Below, in pieces: positions 26,791 through 40,945 of a stretch of DNA of 64,000 nt. The notes under the pieces are model-generated. The model did no database searches. It saw only the letters and a program-made list of their open reading frames with translations, and was not told the DNA's origin. This DNA comes from Octopus vulgaris (taxonomy: Eukaryota). The stretch spans positions 6,572,001 through 6,636,000 of the forward strand of contig OX597820.1 in assembly GCA_951406725.2 (NCBI GenBank), read 5' to 3'. The translations under genes were made by a program, and so were the position numbers. How positions within the stretch are numbered: position 1 is the first letter of the stretch; every line of letters starts with the position of its first letter.

Positions 26791-27904
26791 GGTGTAGTGT
26801 GTGAGTGTTATCCGTGGGCCAATTTTGTTTCCCTTCGTCAATTGTTTGTCCATTAACACCGTTTTAACATTTCATAATATTCCAATTAACGTGAGTTGTA
26901 ATTAAATTTTAATGAAGCCACTTGCAATTAGCAGGTTGAGCAGTACTGCACAGTGTGTCATTAATATTTTATAAACAGGTAGATGCCTGCACCGATAGGT
27001 GGCGTTGTGAGGGCCTCAAAGCATCTAAAATATATATGAACAGCGTTCCTAAACAGACACGTGCCAACACATACGCAGACACACACACACACATACAGAT
27101 ATAAACACACAAACACACACACACATATACGAGGGCAGGGAAACACACTAACACACACGTATGTAATGAATGCGCGTATGTACGTATATAACGAAACATG
27201 AGCACGTACACACACACACACAGGCACACACACACACAAGAGGCACTCGCACACATACTTAGACGCAGACCTGTGCTGGTGGATCCTCCGCCGGTGCCTA
27301 CGGTGAGTATTCAAGTGTTTGATTACCTGAATTCCGACGCGTATAATTAGCACTTAAGTGGCTGAATACACCGTAGACATACATGTACGTTTAAAGTAAT
27401 TCTGAAGCAGAGCCAGTGTCACGCAATGTGAAAAAGGCTGGAAATTTGAATGACAAGAACATTCCACAGACAGAAAAACGTAGGTGGGGGGAGGAAGGAA
27501 AGAGAGAAAGGGAGAGAGAGAGAGGGATGGATGGAGAAAGAGTGTGTGATAGAGGGAAATGGGAGAGAGGAGTGCGCGAGACGAAAAGACATGGAGAAAG
27601 AAAGAAAGAAAGAAAGAAGAGGAGGGAAAAGGAGGGGAACGAGCAGATGAAGAGAATCGGACCCAGTACTTACTAGTATATATTCTATTGACCCCATAAA
27701 GGTGAAAGGCAAAATTGACCTTGGTGAGGTTTGACCTCACAAAGTTATGAACGAGAAGTCAACGAACCTTAGGTAAGGTTCATAGGCGCTATACCTATTT
27801 TCTTTCTTCAATGAAGAACATGGAATATTTAGTTGCTAGAAATAGTGAGAAATTTCGCTAGCGCCGTAGTGGATAGCTTAATTTGCAGATCCTTGCTTCA
27901 GATG

Positions 27905-28195
27905 AAAGTCATTAACTAAACGAATGACTTGAATTAGAAGGAAATGTATACATTATTTACATTTGACGGATATTTATCCTCGTCTTGTTTCTTATTAACA
28001 ACGTTTCGGCTGATATATCCTCAAGCCTTCATCAGGTGTCTTGAGGAAATTTCGAACCTGAGTTCTCATTCCTAAGGCATTTTTCGCTGTTGTTGTTATT
28101 ATTATTATTATTTAGGTCACTGTGTGGAATCGAACTCGGAATCTTAGGGTTAGTAGCCCGCGCTCGTAACTACTACGCCATATGACGTGGGCATA
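27905..28195 (-). mobile_element. Second copy of the tRNA-headed hammerhead element
   Basis: Head TGGCGTAGTAGTTACGAGCGCGGGCTACTAACCC..GAGTTCGATTCC; hammerhead cores intact at 27996-28040 (GACAC-CTGATGA-AGGCT..AGCC-GAAAC-GTT). Confidence 0.75.
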
Positions 28196-28399
28196 TGTAT
28201 GTATATGACTGACCGCTAAATCCACAAGTTTTTTTTTTTATTTATTCTCTCTCTTTGTTTATTTCCTCATGTTCCTTTCTGCTGAAGTGCCTCGGCTCGA
28301 AATATAAGACTTTTTCACCTTCCCGAGCATCAAATTAATACACCTGATTGTTGTTTATACACCTTTCTTCGTTATTTTGTTTTTCTGTAAAGTTCAACT

Positions 28400-28685
28400 A
28401 TGCATGTGAGAGTGAGTGAGAGTGTGTCTGTGTCTGTGTCTGTGTATGTGTGTCTGTGTGTGTGTGTCTGTGTGTGTATGTCTGTGTGTGTGTGTCTGTG
28501 TGTGTGTGTGTCTGTGTGTGTGTCTGTGTGTGTGTCTGTGTGTGTGTCTGTGTGTGTGTCTGTGTGTGTGTGTGTGTGTGTGTCTGTGTGTGTGTCTGTG
28601 TGTGTCTGTGTGTGTCTCTGTGTGTGTCTCTGTGTGTGTCTCTGTGTGTGTGTCTCTGTGTGTGTGTCTGTGTGTTTCTGTGTTT
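28400..28685. repeat. (TG)n/(TGTGTGTGTC)n microsatellite
   Basis: Direct reading. Confidence 0.9.
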
Positions 28686-28859
28686 CTGACAGCCCTGGCT
28701 TATCCAGGTTGCCACATAGTCTTATACTAACAAAACCGAGTACATCAATTATTATAGTTATGAACGTGAATTTATTTTCTGGTTATTGAAGCTGGAGAAT
28801 TTGTATGTTATATTTACACTTGACAGATGTTCCGCTAGTTTCCCTTCCGCTGGTATTAC

Positions 28860-29660
28860 CATACTTATTCAATAACAGGTGTATTCTCAGTTATTATTCC
28901 AGGATAGTCCTTTTTTCCGAATGGCATTGTTTATTGTCTTTGCGACAACGTCGTTTCGCATAGAGTTGTAGTACCTTGATGTCATTTTTGGGCACCTGCT
29001 AATGACAAGTGTGATGTTCCACAGAAATATGACAATCTACATTTCCGGTTGCATCGTGGAACTCCAAGCGCTTCACTGTCTCTCTTGTCTATTAAGTATT
29101 TAGTAGCAATCTCCTGTTCTTGGATTGCAAACGCATTGCCTTGAAAGTGTGCTGTGATGTTGTGGTCATAAGTCCAAGAAAGGCTTCACTTCATGTTACT
29201 GTTGCGCTATTCTCCAAAACTTCGAGAAACATACAAATGCTTGGTCTTCTTTTGGTATGCTGAGCGTTTCACTTTCAGGTCTTCTTTGAGTCGTGTTAGT
29301 CTGGCGGTTTTGAGTTTGTATGGGCGGTCATCAACAAGGGAGTGTCCCCGAAGCAACGCACTGCCAACAAACAGGATATTTTCCTGTTCATTTTTCACTA
29401 CTAAGCTAAGGTATATAGTTTTGCTGCTTTTGTTTCGCAATTGCTGTGTGGGAGAGATTATACCACATTCGAATGTTTTCTGCACTCATCTCAAGCCGCT
29501 ATCCACTTCCTGTTTTGGTGGAACCTGTCGATGTCGATATTTCTTGGGAGATTTGCAGTTGATGCCAACAACTTGCGGGTTTTCCTCTACTCACCATTCA
29601 AGTATCCCAAATATTGGAATTGTTGGAATCATCCCAGGTACTGTAAATGCATTGTGAAAT
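28860..29660 (-). mobile_element. Decayed R4/Dong-like non-LTR fragment, different family (post-RT and zinc-knuckle region)
   Basis: Minus-strand pieces read FGILEW, TRKLL, AFAIQEQEIATKYL, RKCRL, SRCPKMTSRYY..RNDVVAK. Confidence 0.7.
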
Positions 29661-30929
29661 GTTGTCTTGTAAATATGAATGTATATATATATATATTTTA
29701 TATTTTATCTAGTTTCAGCTTACGAGCTGTGGCCATGCTGGGGCACCGAGTTAATGCAAAAAAAAAAAAAAGACAAGAGAAAAACACGAGAAAAAGAAAT
29801 TAGTATGATGAATCATTCCCCCATGTTCCTGGAACACGTGGCGGAGAGAATAAAGGATCAAACAGGAACAGAAAAAGGAATGGACCCGAACCGGAAATGG
29901 ACAACGAGAAAGGAAGCAGTAAAGGAAAGGCAGATGAGGAATTCAGTTGCTGTGGAAATTCAGGATAGGTGGTGAAGATGTACCAACGGAGAAAGAAAAA
30001 CCAATAAAGAGTCTCGGCAAATGGTACACGTTGTTCTAGGTTCGATTTCACTATGGCGTCTAGAAATCCTTTTCAGTAGAATTTTTTGGAGAGAGACCTA
30101 ATATAACAAATCGGAGGGATCATTTCTATTCTTGAGTGATAATCCAAATCATTGTGTATCGATAGCGGAGTCCACTTTAGCGTAACTATGTGGGTCCTAT
30201 TTCTTGACTGACGCATGTAAATGAGGCAATGATTGCATCTAAAAATTCCTGATCAACCGAGGAGGGGTTTCTTAAAATCCTCTTGGCTCACCCTCATAGC
30301 TTAGTAAATGGACATAAAAAGCTATAGATAAACGAACAATATTCATGATTTGTCCCCTAAAAGAGGCGAAGGTCACCATGCACAAGGACATAACATCTTT
30401 TATTTCAGAGCGACTATGCACGAACAGATTTATGATTAAATACGATCCAAACGTAGCCACCACATCTATTTTCTTTTGATACGCATTGCATCGAGGACGT
30501 CATTGATTTGAGGTTGATTTCACTCTTATTTCAGAAATCAAGCATCCAAATATAACATGTAACATCAAGCAGGCGTCGTTTTAGTTTCTGGGACGGACTT
30601 TTTTAGCAGATGCTGGTGGTTGTGCAGTTGTTGTTTTGTTGTTGTTGTTGGTGGTGGTGGTGGAATGAAATTATTGATAAAAGTATCAAGATTGTAATGC
30701 TGCTACCAACACAGATGCTGATGATGATGATGAGGAGGAGGAGGAAGAGGACGACGAGGGGAAGGAGGAGGAGAAGGACGACGACGATGAAGACGAGGAT
30801 GATGATGATGGTGGTGGTGGAGGTAGTAATCAAGTGTTATGTTAATAACATGATAACAATGACAAGAAACAAAACGATAACGGAGATGATGATAATGAAA
30901 ATAATAATAATAATAATAATAATAATAAT

Positions 30930-31067
30930 CCTTTCTACTATAGGCACAAAGCTTGAAATTTGGGGCGGGGGGGCTAGTCGATCACATCGACCCCAGTATT
31001 TCACTGGTACTTAATTTATCGACCTCAAAAGGATGAAAAGCAAAGTCGACCTCGGCGGAATTTGAAT
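30930..31067 (-). mobile_element. SINE family A 3' part
   Basis: Family motifs. Confidence 0.75.
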
Positions 31068-32609
31068 ATATGATGATGATGAAGATGATGATAATGATAA
31101 TAATAATAATAATAATAGACGTGAAATGCCATTTACCTGACTGGATAGTGTTCAATGACTCTGTATGTATCAGACCTCTCCTTCATTAAACACGTCCTAT
31201 TGTAAAGCATCTCTCTACTGTCCGGACACTCCCACAATCTGTGTTTGATTAAGCCTTCACATCTCTTTGTGGGAAACTCTTTATAACGCCATATTACGCC
31301 GCCACTCACATACACCTCTTGCCTCTCCACCCATTTGGGCGGCTGACCTCGGCCGTTTAGCCACCACATTCTTGTACCCCACGGTTTCAGTTTTGCATCG
31401 TAGGACGGACTTTGGAGGTAATCTGGGAACTGGCAATCACTCCAAATTCCTGCAAAAAAAAAAAAAAACACAGAGAAAGATAATAATGGCCAAAACTTCT
31501 AATGATAGTAAACAAATCTAAAAATATACATAGTGAATTTATAAAACAATAATTTCATTTATTTCAGTTACTCGTTTATTTAATTAATTATATAATTATT
31601 AGATTAACCAATGATCTAATGAAATACCATCACCGTGGTGTTTCTTTGGCAATAGAGGCTGATGGCAAAAAAGGGTGCATACAGACAGTATGTTTACTGT
31701 GTGTCGGAGTTTTCTGACTTTCATCTTTAGATAATTGCACTCTGGTAAATATCTCTTTATGTATGTATGTATGTATGTATGTATAATTCGGTTCTATTTC
31801 ATGATTTCTTGCCAATAGAGAAAAAGTCGGTTTCTAACCTAGATTCAAGGCTTCTTCATTAGAATTTTAATATCAACAACAGTGTATTTTTGTTTGTATG
31901 TATGCCTGCATGTATATATATGTATGTATATATGTATGTATGTATGTATGTATGTGTGAAGATTTGTATGTTTTGTTTTATATATGTATTCTCATGCATA
32001 TAGTTGCGTATCTAGACATGCTCATATATATTTAAATGATAAACTTCTGAAAGTTTGACAGACTTTTACAGTTCCAGTGATGGATTGGATCTGTAGGCTT
32101 CGAATCAGCTTTCGCCTTTCTGGTTTTCAGAAACCTAATTTCTCAAGATGTATGTATGTATGTATGTATGTATGTGAAGCAATTCTGAGAGATATTTGAC
32201 AACTGTCATTTCAAAAACAAATAAAACAATAAAAACATAAAGAAGACTTGACATTTATGACAGCAATTATTGAAAAATTTATAATATAAATACATACAGG
32301 TCTGTTAATATCTCCTTCAGTTTTCTAATTTATATGTGTGCGCGCGAGTATGTGTGTGTGTGTGTGTGTGTGTGAATGTATAAGCCATAAAATGTGAGGA
32401 GGTACGAGAGATGAAGATACCAATTAACCCATTTGATATCCTTAAGGTCATGGCTGGAATGACATCTAATTGTTTATATATTTCTCATAAAGTTATTTTT
32501 ATTGATCAGTTCATCTGGGTTTCAGCTGCATGGACACTTTGATTTGTGTTTCTCTGTATTGGACTACTATTGGACACACGATTCTCTGAATCCATACTTT
32601 AAACTAAAC

Positions 32610-32644
<35 letters not shown>

Positions 32645-32786
32645 AACACACACACAAATATATATATATACATACACACAAGCAAATATAAATATATATA
32701 TATATACACACAAATATATATATATATATACATACACACAAGCAAATATAAATATATATATATATACACACAAATATATATATATA

Positions 32787-32830
<44 letters not shown>

Positions 32831-32842
32831 AATAAATAAATA

Positions 32843-32883
<41 letters not shown>

Positions 32884-33565
32884 ACGCACACAAATATATA
32901 TATATACATATATATATACACATGTATTTGTACATATATATATATAAGAGATAATGGTGTCATTGAGACCCAAAGGTGTCAGGTAATGCTGAATAAGTGC
33001 TATGGACAGACCATAGTTAAGTTCCAGATTCGGTAATATTGCGAATAAAGGGTTCAACGTTGGTTCTATGTCCGCGTGTGTATATAAGAAATGTTTGCGT
33101 ACTAAGATAAAAAACCAAGGCTGGATAGATATTAGAACATTTATAGAAATACTCTAATATCTTATTACGCAAAAAATTCTTATATACATATACATATATA
33201 TATATATTTTCATGAATTGAACAGAGACTGGTACCAACCACTGACCATTCAAAATACTACTATCATGGCACTCCAAAATTCGTCTTCTTCTTCTTCCCCT
33301 TCTCCTTCTTTTTCTTCCCTACCAAGAATTCACAACGACCTCCAACCCACAAGAGTAAACAAAAGAGACAGAGACAGGCAGAAACAAGGAAAATGCCACT
33401 TGTATTTGAACACTATACAAATATTCTTTTAAAAAATACTTTTCTTTTAATTTTTCTAAATTTAATTATCTAATTGTTACTGTTGAAAAAGACTTAATGA
33501 CTGAAACCGGTACTGAAATGTTTTTTCTAAAATTATTTTAGCATTTTCTATCTTGACTTTTCTTT

Positions 33566-33641
<76 letters not shown>

Positions 33642-33654
33642 CAATAATAATATA

Positions 33655-33999
33655 TATGGTAAAGACCTCCTTCGGTCATAAATGAGCATGAGATTGCACC
33701 TCCAAGTTCCCTTCCATGGTACAGTTGGGAGTAATGTTGTTTATGAAAGACCAGCAGTCACCCATACAACCAGCCTCCTCTCTCCATGCTACAGATGTTG
33801 TCCAAAGGGGAAAAAAAAGAGGCGCCGATAACGTTTGGCACCAGTCGTGGCAACTTATTTCTACAGCTGTGTGGACTGGAGCAACGTAAAAATAAAGTGT
33901 CTTGCTCAAGAACACAACACACAACCCGGTCCGGAGATCGAACTCACTACCTGAGAATTGTGAGCTCGACGCTCTAACTACATGGCCATGTGCCTTCAC
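33655..33999 (-). mobile_element. tRNA-derived SINE family D
   Basis: Minus-strand head TGGCCATGTAGTTAGAGCG..GAGTTCGATCTCC followed by TGTGTTCTTGAGCAAGACACTT. Confidence 0.75.
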
Positions 34000-34954
34000 A
34001 TATATCTATATATGTGTGTGAGTACATGTGTGTAGGTATGTATGTGTCTCTAAACATGCATACATACATTCTAAACTTCTGAATAGCTGTAGGCATGTCT
34101 AGAAACTCGGCAGGTTACCATGCAGAGAATTATTCTCTAGAAACAGCGATAGACATGACAATATTTCGAGGATACGCAACACAATAATTTATTAACATAA
34201 AACTGAATATACACTTCGCAAAGCATAAGGATGTTCGGATTGGAAAATGCTGTAAAGTAAGTGTTACTGCGAACAATACGCTGGTAGAATATTATGATTA
34301 ATCGAACAGGTGTTGCGTATTTATTTTGTTTTTAATCTTTCATATAATCGATCACAAGGTCAATTGCATGCAGGCTTAGATCCTATAAAACCGGATATGA
34401 AATCCTGTTTAAATTAAAAATGACAAATAGAGTTTGAAGTCTACACACATTCAGTACACGGCTGTCTTACGTGCTTAAAAAAAAAATTAAGTGTGTGTTT
34501 GTTTGCGTGTGCGTGCGTGCGTGTGTGGGGGGTATATGCATGCATAAGACTAAAGATATAAGTATACATATATACATATGTGAGTGTGTGTATATATATG
34601 TATATATATGTGCGTGTGTATGAAAAAATATATATATATATACACATATAAATGTATATATGTGTGCATATACATATATATATGTATGTATATACATATA
34701 TATACATATATAAAGTGTGTGTAGATACATATATATATATATGTATGTATATACATATATGTATCTATATACATATACATATATATATGTATATACACAC
34801 ATATGTATATACATATACACATATATATATATACATATATACATATACATATATATGTATATACACACATATGTATATACATATACATATATATATATAT
34901 ATATACATATATATGTATATACATATACATATATATATATATGTATATACACAC

Positions 34955-35012
<58 letters not shown>

Positions 35013-35467
35013 GTATGTATGTATGTATGTATGTATGTATGTATGTATGTATGTATGTACGTATGTGTATGACTAATCGGCACTGCATATCCTCGTCCAA
35101 TATAAGTTCAGTTGTCAAATGCAATATCAAACTTGATGACCGGGTTAATATCGTTCACAAAATTGATGGGAGGTAATTGGCCTGCCGTACGGCGCTATTC
35201 CGAGACTCTCGCTATAACACAAACGCTGTGTACGACGATGACACACCAAGCACTACATACTACCTGCATACATACATATTTGCATATATGCATTACATAC
35301 ATACATACACACAGCCAGGTAGTTGTGTCTTACGCTGTGTGTGTGCGTGTGTGTGCGCGATTCTGTACGTATATTTAAACAAACATACATGCTCAATATA
35401 TGATATCCCCACATGCAATATATCATATATGACAGGTAAAAATGTATGACTAGATACATACACACAA

Positions 35468-35498
<31 letters not shown>

Positions 35499-35551
35499 CA
35501 GAGAGAGAGAGAGAAGGAGAGCAAAAGATAGATAGATATACATGTATATCA

Positions 35552-35583
<32 letters not shown>

Positions 35584-35597
35584 GTGTGTATATATGC

Positions 35598-35628
<31 letters not shown>

Positions 35629-36010
35629 AAATAAAGCAACGTTGCATGATACAATTTCAATATCGGTAATTTCTATCTAAGCGACACCAGCTTCTATCAA
35701 TCCATACCTCGATCAATAGGGAAACATTATCTACGAAATATTCCTCTCGCAGACACACACGCACACCCACACACACACACACCTGTACACATAATAACAG
35801 CCTCCTACCCGCCAACATGGAAACCCATATACGCCCGCGCACACACACATACACACACTCAAAGCCACACAAATAAGAATTTACCTTGCTAGATGTCACT
35901 TTTAAATTCAGCGAAACATATGTGTACATGCGTGTATATACATACAGAAATACACAAATACAAATACCTATACGTATACATATATGTATATATATATGTA
36001 TATATGTATA

Positions 36011-36092
<82 letters not shown>

Positions 36093-36272
36093 TGTATATT
36101 TATATATATATATGTATATATGTATATATATATATGTATATATGTAAATATATGTATATGTATATATATGTATATATTTATATATATATATATGTATATA
36201 TATATGTATATATATATATGCATATATATATATATGTATATATATGTATATATATATATATATGTATGTATG

Positions 36273-36316
<44 letters not shown>

Positions 36317-36364
36317 GTATATATATATATTTATATGTATATATATATATATATTTATATATGT

Positions 36365-36400
<36 letters not shown>

Positions 36401-36450
36401 ATGTATTTGTGTAGGTGGTATCTTTTGTAATTTGAATATGTCTATACATT

Positions 36451-36481
<31 letters not shown>

Positions 36482-36852
36482 ACACAGAGTCTATGCGTAG
36501 TTTGTCAAACGTTGAATTTAAAACGAACTCTGAAGGCAAATTTCTCTCTAATATATAATTTATGTAATAAAATAACATAACAAGTCTTGACGTTGCTTCT
36601 GGATTTTATCTTTTATTTCGTTGGTTGTGGTTTGTTCTATCTTCGAGTCTCTTTACCTGCAATTTTTTTTATAAATCCTTCATCAATCTTTCCCAATGTT
36701 ACTGTTACCATGGCGTATTCTGAATATCACACGAAGTATTACATACCGAGACACTCTCATAGACATACATACCTGTATAAACATTTATGTTTGTGCGTGT
36801 TTGTGTATGTGTATATATATATATACATAAATATATATATATATATATATAT

Positions 36853-36923
<71 letters not shown>

Positions 36924-36955
36924 CATATGTGTGTGAGAGCACGTGTGTGTGTGTG

Positions 36956-37020
<65 letters not shown>

Positions 37021-37732
37021 AATGTACTTATATATTTACGGAGGTAGAGTGATGAAGAATGACTGAGCAAAGTAGAACAGTGAAGAAGAATATAAAATTG
37101 AGGATAGGAGAGAGTGAGAAAGAGGGAGAGCGAAAAAGAAAGGGAAGAAGAGGAAGGAGAAAAGGAAGAAGAGGAAAGAGAAAAAGGAGGAAGAAGAAAC
37201 AGAAGAAAAGAGGAAGAGGGAGAAGGAGAAGAAGAAGGAAAAGAAGAGGAAACAGGAAAAAGAGGAAGAAGGAAAAAGGAGAAGAGGAAGGAGAAGAGGA
37301 AGAAGAAGAGGAAGAAGATGGAAGAAGAAGAGGAAGAAGAATAGGAAGAAGCGTGTACTGCCTCTTAAACATGTTTAATATTCACCTGAACTTCCTTCCT
37401 CTGTTTGCCACCAATTTGTTTCCACACATCATACACTGTGTTTTTTTTTTGTGTATGTTATATATCTCCCTCCTCCTCCTTGTCCTCCCTTTCTCACGGA
37501 TTCTCCCCCCCCTTATCTCTTTCTCTCTACCCCTTCCTCTGCATTCCCCGGCCCGTAGCCGTATTTTCTTCGTTCTTCTCAGTTCTTCCACCTTCTTTTT
37601 TTTTCTTTCTTTTTATTTTACCACTCTTATTAATCCTTTCCGTTCCTCTTTTTTTATCTTCTGTTTGTAGTTGTGGGTAGTAAAGTTTTTTGCTGTTGTT
37701 TGTTATGTTTGTTTCTTTTTTGTCTTGTTATT

Positions 37733-39524
37733 TTTGGCCATGGCCGCAAAGTTAAAAATAATTTTCTGTCTTTGCAGGCCGTAAAAGGTCGTGCGGCATT
37801 CCTCACATTTTCACTCGGCTGCTGACCATGTCTGTCTTATATGTGACAACAGATGTTCAGTAATACCACTTAATTTAACAATGATCCGACACAGTGTATG
37901 TGTGGGCAAAACGGTTTTATCACTCTTTGTGCATCTAGGACAAGCGTAATTAACAACAGTTATCCGCTAAACAGGCAATTCTACACAGCGGTACTGTCAT
38001 GACAAAAATTTATAAGGACTCTTTAGTACCCAGGTTAATGAATTTCTCTGGAATTGTATTTTCAAATAATTTTTGTAGACGGCTAGATTAACACCGGGGT
38101 TGTCATCATCCTTGTTCAGTGATAAACCTCGACAGAATGCAAGGACTATCTTAGCGCTAATCCAGTAATTATTGGCTACCTGATGTTATCATATACTGGA
38201 AATGTTCCCGCTGTATGTCACCGATTTAATATAAGTGTAAAAATATGTCGAAACAATTGTAGTGAGTTTAAACAAAGAATGGCGTTCATTGCGTTTTCTA
38301 TTATTTATCTGTGTATATGTGTGTGCGCGCGTGCGTATATGTGCGGTGTGTATGTGTGCGTGTGTGTGATTTTGTGTATATATATGTTTTTCGTGTGTGT
38401 TTATTTGTAAGAAATCGTTTAGGAATAGTATGAAGAAGTGGAGCTCAACAGTGAAGAAGAATATATTTGTGAAAAGTAGGGAGAGCGGGAGGAAGAAGAG
38501 GAAGGAGAAAAAAGAAGAGGAAGGGAGGAAGAAGAAACAGAAGATGTGGAAGAGGGAGAAGGAGGTGAAGGAAAAGAAGACCAAAAAAGGAAGAGGAAGG
38601 AGAAGAGGAAGAAGAAGAGGAAGAAGATGGAAGAAGAAGAGGAAGAAGAATTCCACCGAGGTCGACTTTGCCTTTCATTCTTTCGGCGTCGATAAATTAA
38701 GTACCAGTTACGCACTGGGGTCGATGTAATCGACTTAATCCGTTTGTCTGTCATTGTTTATCCCTTCTGTTTGTAGCCCCTTGTGGGTAGTAAAGAAATA
38801 GATTTTTGCTGTTGTTAAAGTGTTAACCGAAAATGAAGCAATCTGTTTCTTTAGCCCTTTCCATCTTGTCCACAATATAAGCTCTTTGGCCATGGCCGCA
38901 AAGTTAAAAATAATTTTCTGTCTTTGCAGGCCGTAAAAGGTCGTGCGGCATTCCTCACATTTTCACTCGGCTGCTGACCATGTCTGTCTTATATGTGACA
39001 ACAGATGTTCAGTAATACCACTTAATTTAACAATGATCCGACACAGTGTATGTGTGGGCAAAACGGTTTTATCACTCTTTGTGCATCTAGGACAAGCGTA
39101 ATTAACAACAGTTATCCGCTAAACAGGCAATTCTACACAGCGGTACTGTCATGACAAAAATTTATAAGGACTCTTTAGTACCCAGGTTAATGAATTTCTC
39201 TGGAATTGTATTTTCAAATAATTTTTGTAGACGGCTAGATTAACACCGGGGTTGTCATCATCCTTGTTCAGTGATAAACCTCGACAGAATGCAAGGACTA
39301 TCTTAGCGCTAATCCAGTAATTATTGGCTACCTGATGTTATCATATACTGGAAATGTTCCCGCTGTATGTCACCGATTTAATATAAGTGTAAAAATATGT
39401 CGAAACAATTGTAGTGAGTTTAAACAAAGAATGGCGTTCATTGCGTTTTCTATTATTTATCTGTGTATATGTGTGTGCGCGCGTGCGTATATGTGCGGTG
39501 TGTATGTGTGCGTGTGTGTGATTT
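37733..39524 (+). repeat. Direct duplication of a 640-bp block (37733-38372 and 38885-39524)
   Basis: No differences seen by eye; offset 1152 bp. Confidence 0.9.
38650..38800 (+). mobile_element. 5'-truncated SINE family A
   Basis: Family motifs. Confidence 0.8.
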
Positions 39525-40081
39525 CATGTGAAGTTATGTTTACCACGTTCGATTGTATTCGGCCTTAAGACCAAGTTTAGGAATATAGGTGGAGTTTATA
39601 ACTTGTGCAAATAATGTATTTTGTGCCGCGAGTAAATTTTCTCGTTCCGCTTCGTTACGACATTAACTCGTACACGAAGGCACTGCATGAACATGTAGTG
39701 GTCACAGACATATTGTATGTGTGAAAAATTAATTGTGACGTCAGTTCATAAAATATCGACACAAAGCTAAGTCAGAGGATGTACATTGGCAAAATTACAA
39801 CAGTAAGGGGATACAAAGTATGAGAAGGGGTCAGTTTACACTTGGAAAGTCAGTCGCTATGAAATATTTAGCCAAACTCCTTCAGATCTGTGTGTGTATG
39901 TCTTTGTGTATGTGTATGTGTGTGTACGCGCGCGTCTACGTGTGCATGTGTGTGTGTGCGTGTTTGAGAGTATAAATGTTTGTAAACCTACGCAGTACTT
40001 ACCAATATGTCAAACCTACTTATTTTTTCGCTGATTGAAATAAAAAGATTGACAACCGTAATCGATAGCCACACATAACGC

Positions 40082-40150
<69 letters not shown>

Positions 40151-40685
40151 TTTAATATACATAGATACATACATGTATAAGTATCTATATACTATCAAAT
40201 GGTTTTATATATTTACGAAAACACCCTAACGGACATATTCACGAAGGGAATAAACGAATGGGAGACAATACTATATCTGTCTATTTACAGACACCTCTGC
40301 AATGTATATACACTGCGTATAATGCATATACATAATGTAGATTTATATTTAGTTATTTCTTTCTCTAAAGCTGTCTCGCTGCAAATTATTTCTATCAAAA
40401 ACCAACGAGTGAAAAATAAACAAATCATGGAACGTAGAGCGTAGATTCGCCATTTTGGAAATGAAGCTGCTTTCACAGACGCCGGTGTAATGTGATAACG
40501 TTAGACAGAGATTTAAATAAATCCTGGATAATAATACAAGTCTTTGGTAATTGCATGTCTGCAATTTTCGTTATTGATGAAGACTAAAATATATTACGCA
40601 AATATAAAACACATTTTCATTCTTCCTTCTATGAGAAAATTAAAATCCATTTTCGTCCGAATGAAAAATCTAAATGTGTATTTTC

Positions 40686-40736
<51 letters not shown>

Positions 40737-40782
40737 CCAGTTTCAGCTCTTGAGCTGTGGCCATGCTGGGGCACCGCCATTG

Positions 40783-40945
40783 TGGTGAAAGAGTACAGCA
40801 GGGATCACCACCCCCTGCCGGAGCCTTGTAGAGATTTTAGGTGTTTTCGCTCAATAAACACACACAACGCCCGGTCTGAGAATCGAAACCGCGATCCTGC
40901 GACCGCGAGTCCGCTGCCCTAACCACTAGGCCATTGCGCCTCCAC
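40783..40945 (-). mobile_element. SINE family B head
   Basis: Reverse complement of window positions ~1-150. Confidence 0.85.

Noticed and set aside
37760-37865. Acceptor-like TTTTCTGTCTTTGCAG in the duplicated block
   Set aside because: All three frames stop within ~90 bp and there is no homology evidence
40541-40562. TCTTTGGT start resembling miR-9
   Set aside because: The rest does not match miR-9 and no precursor hairpin is evident
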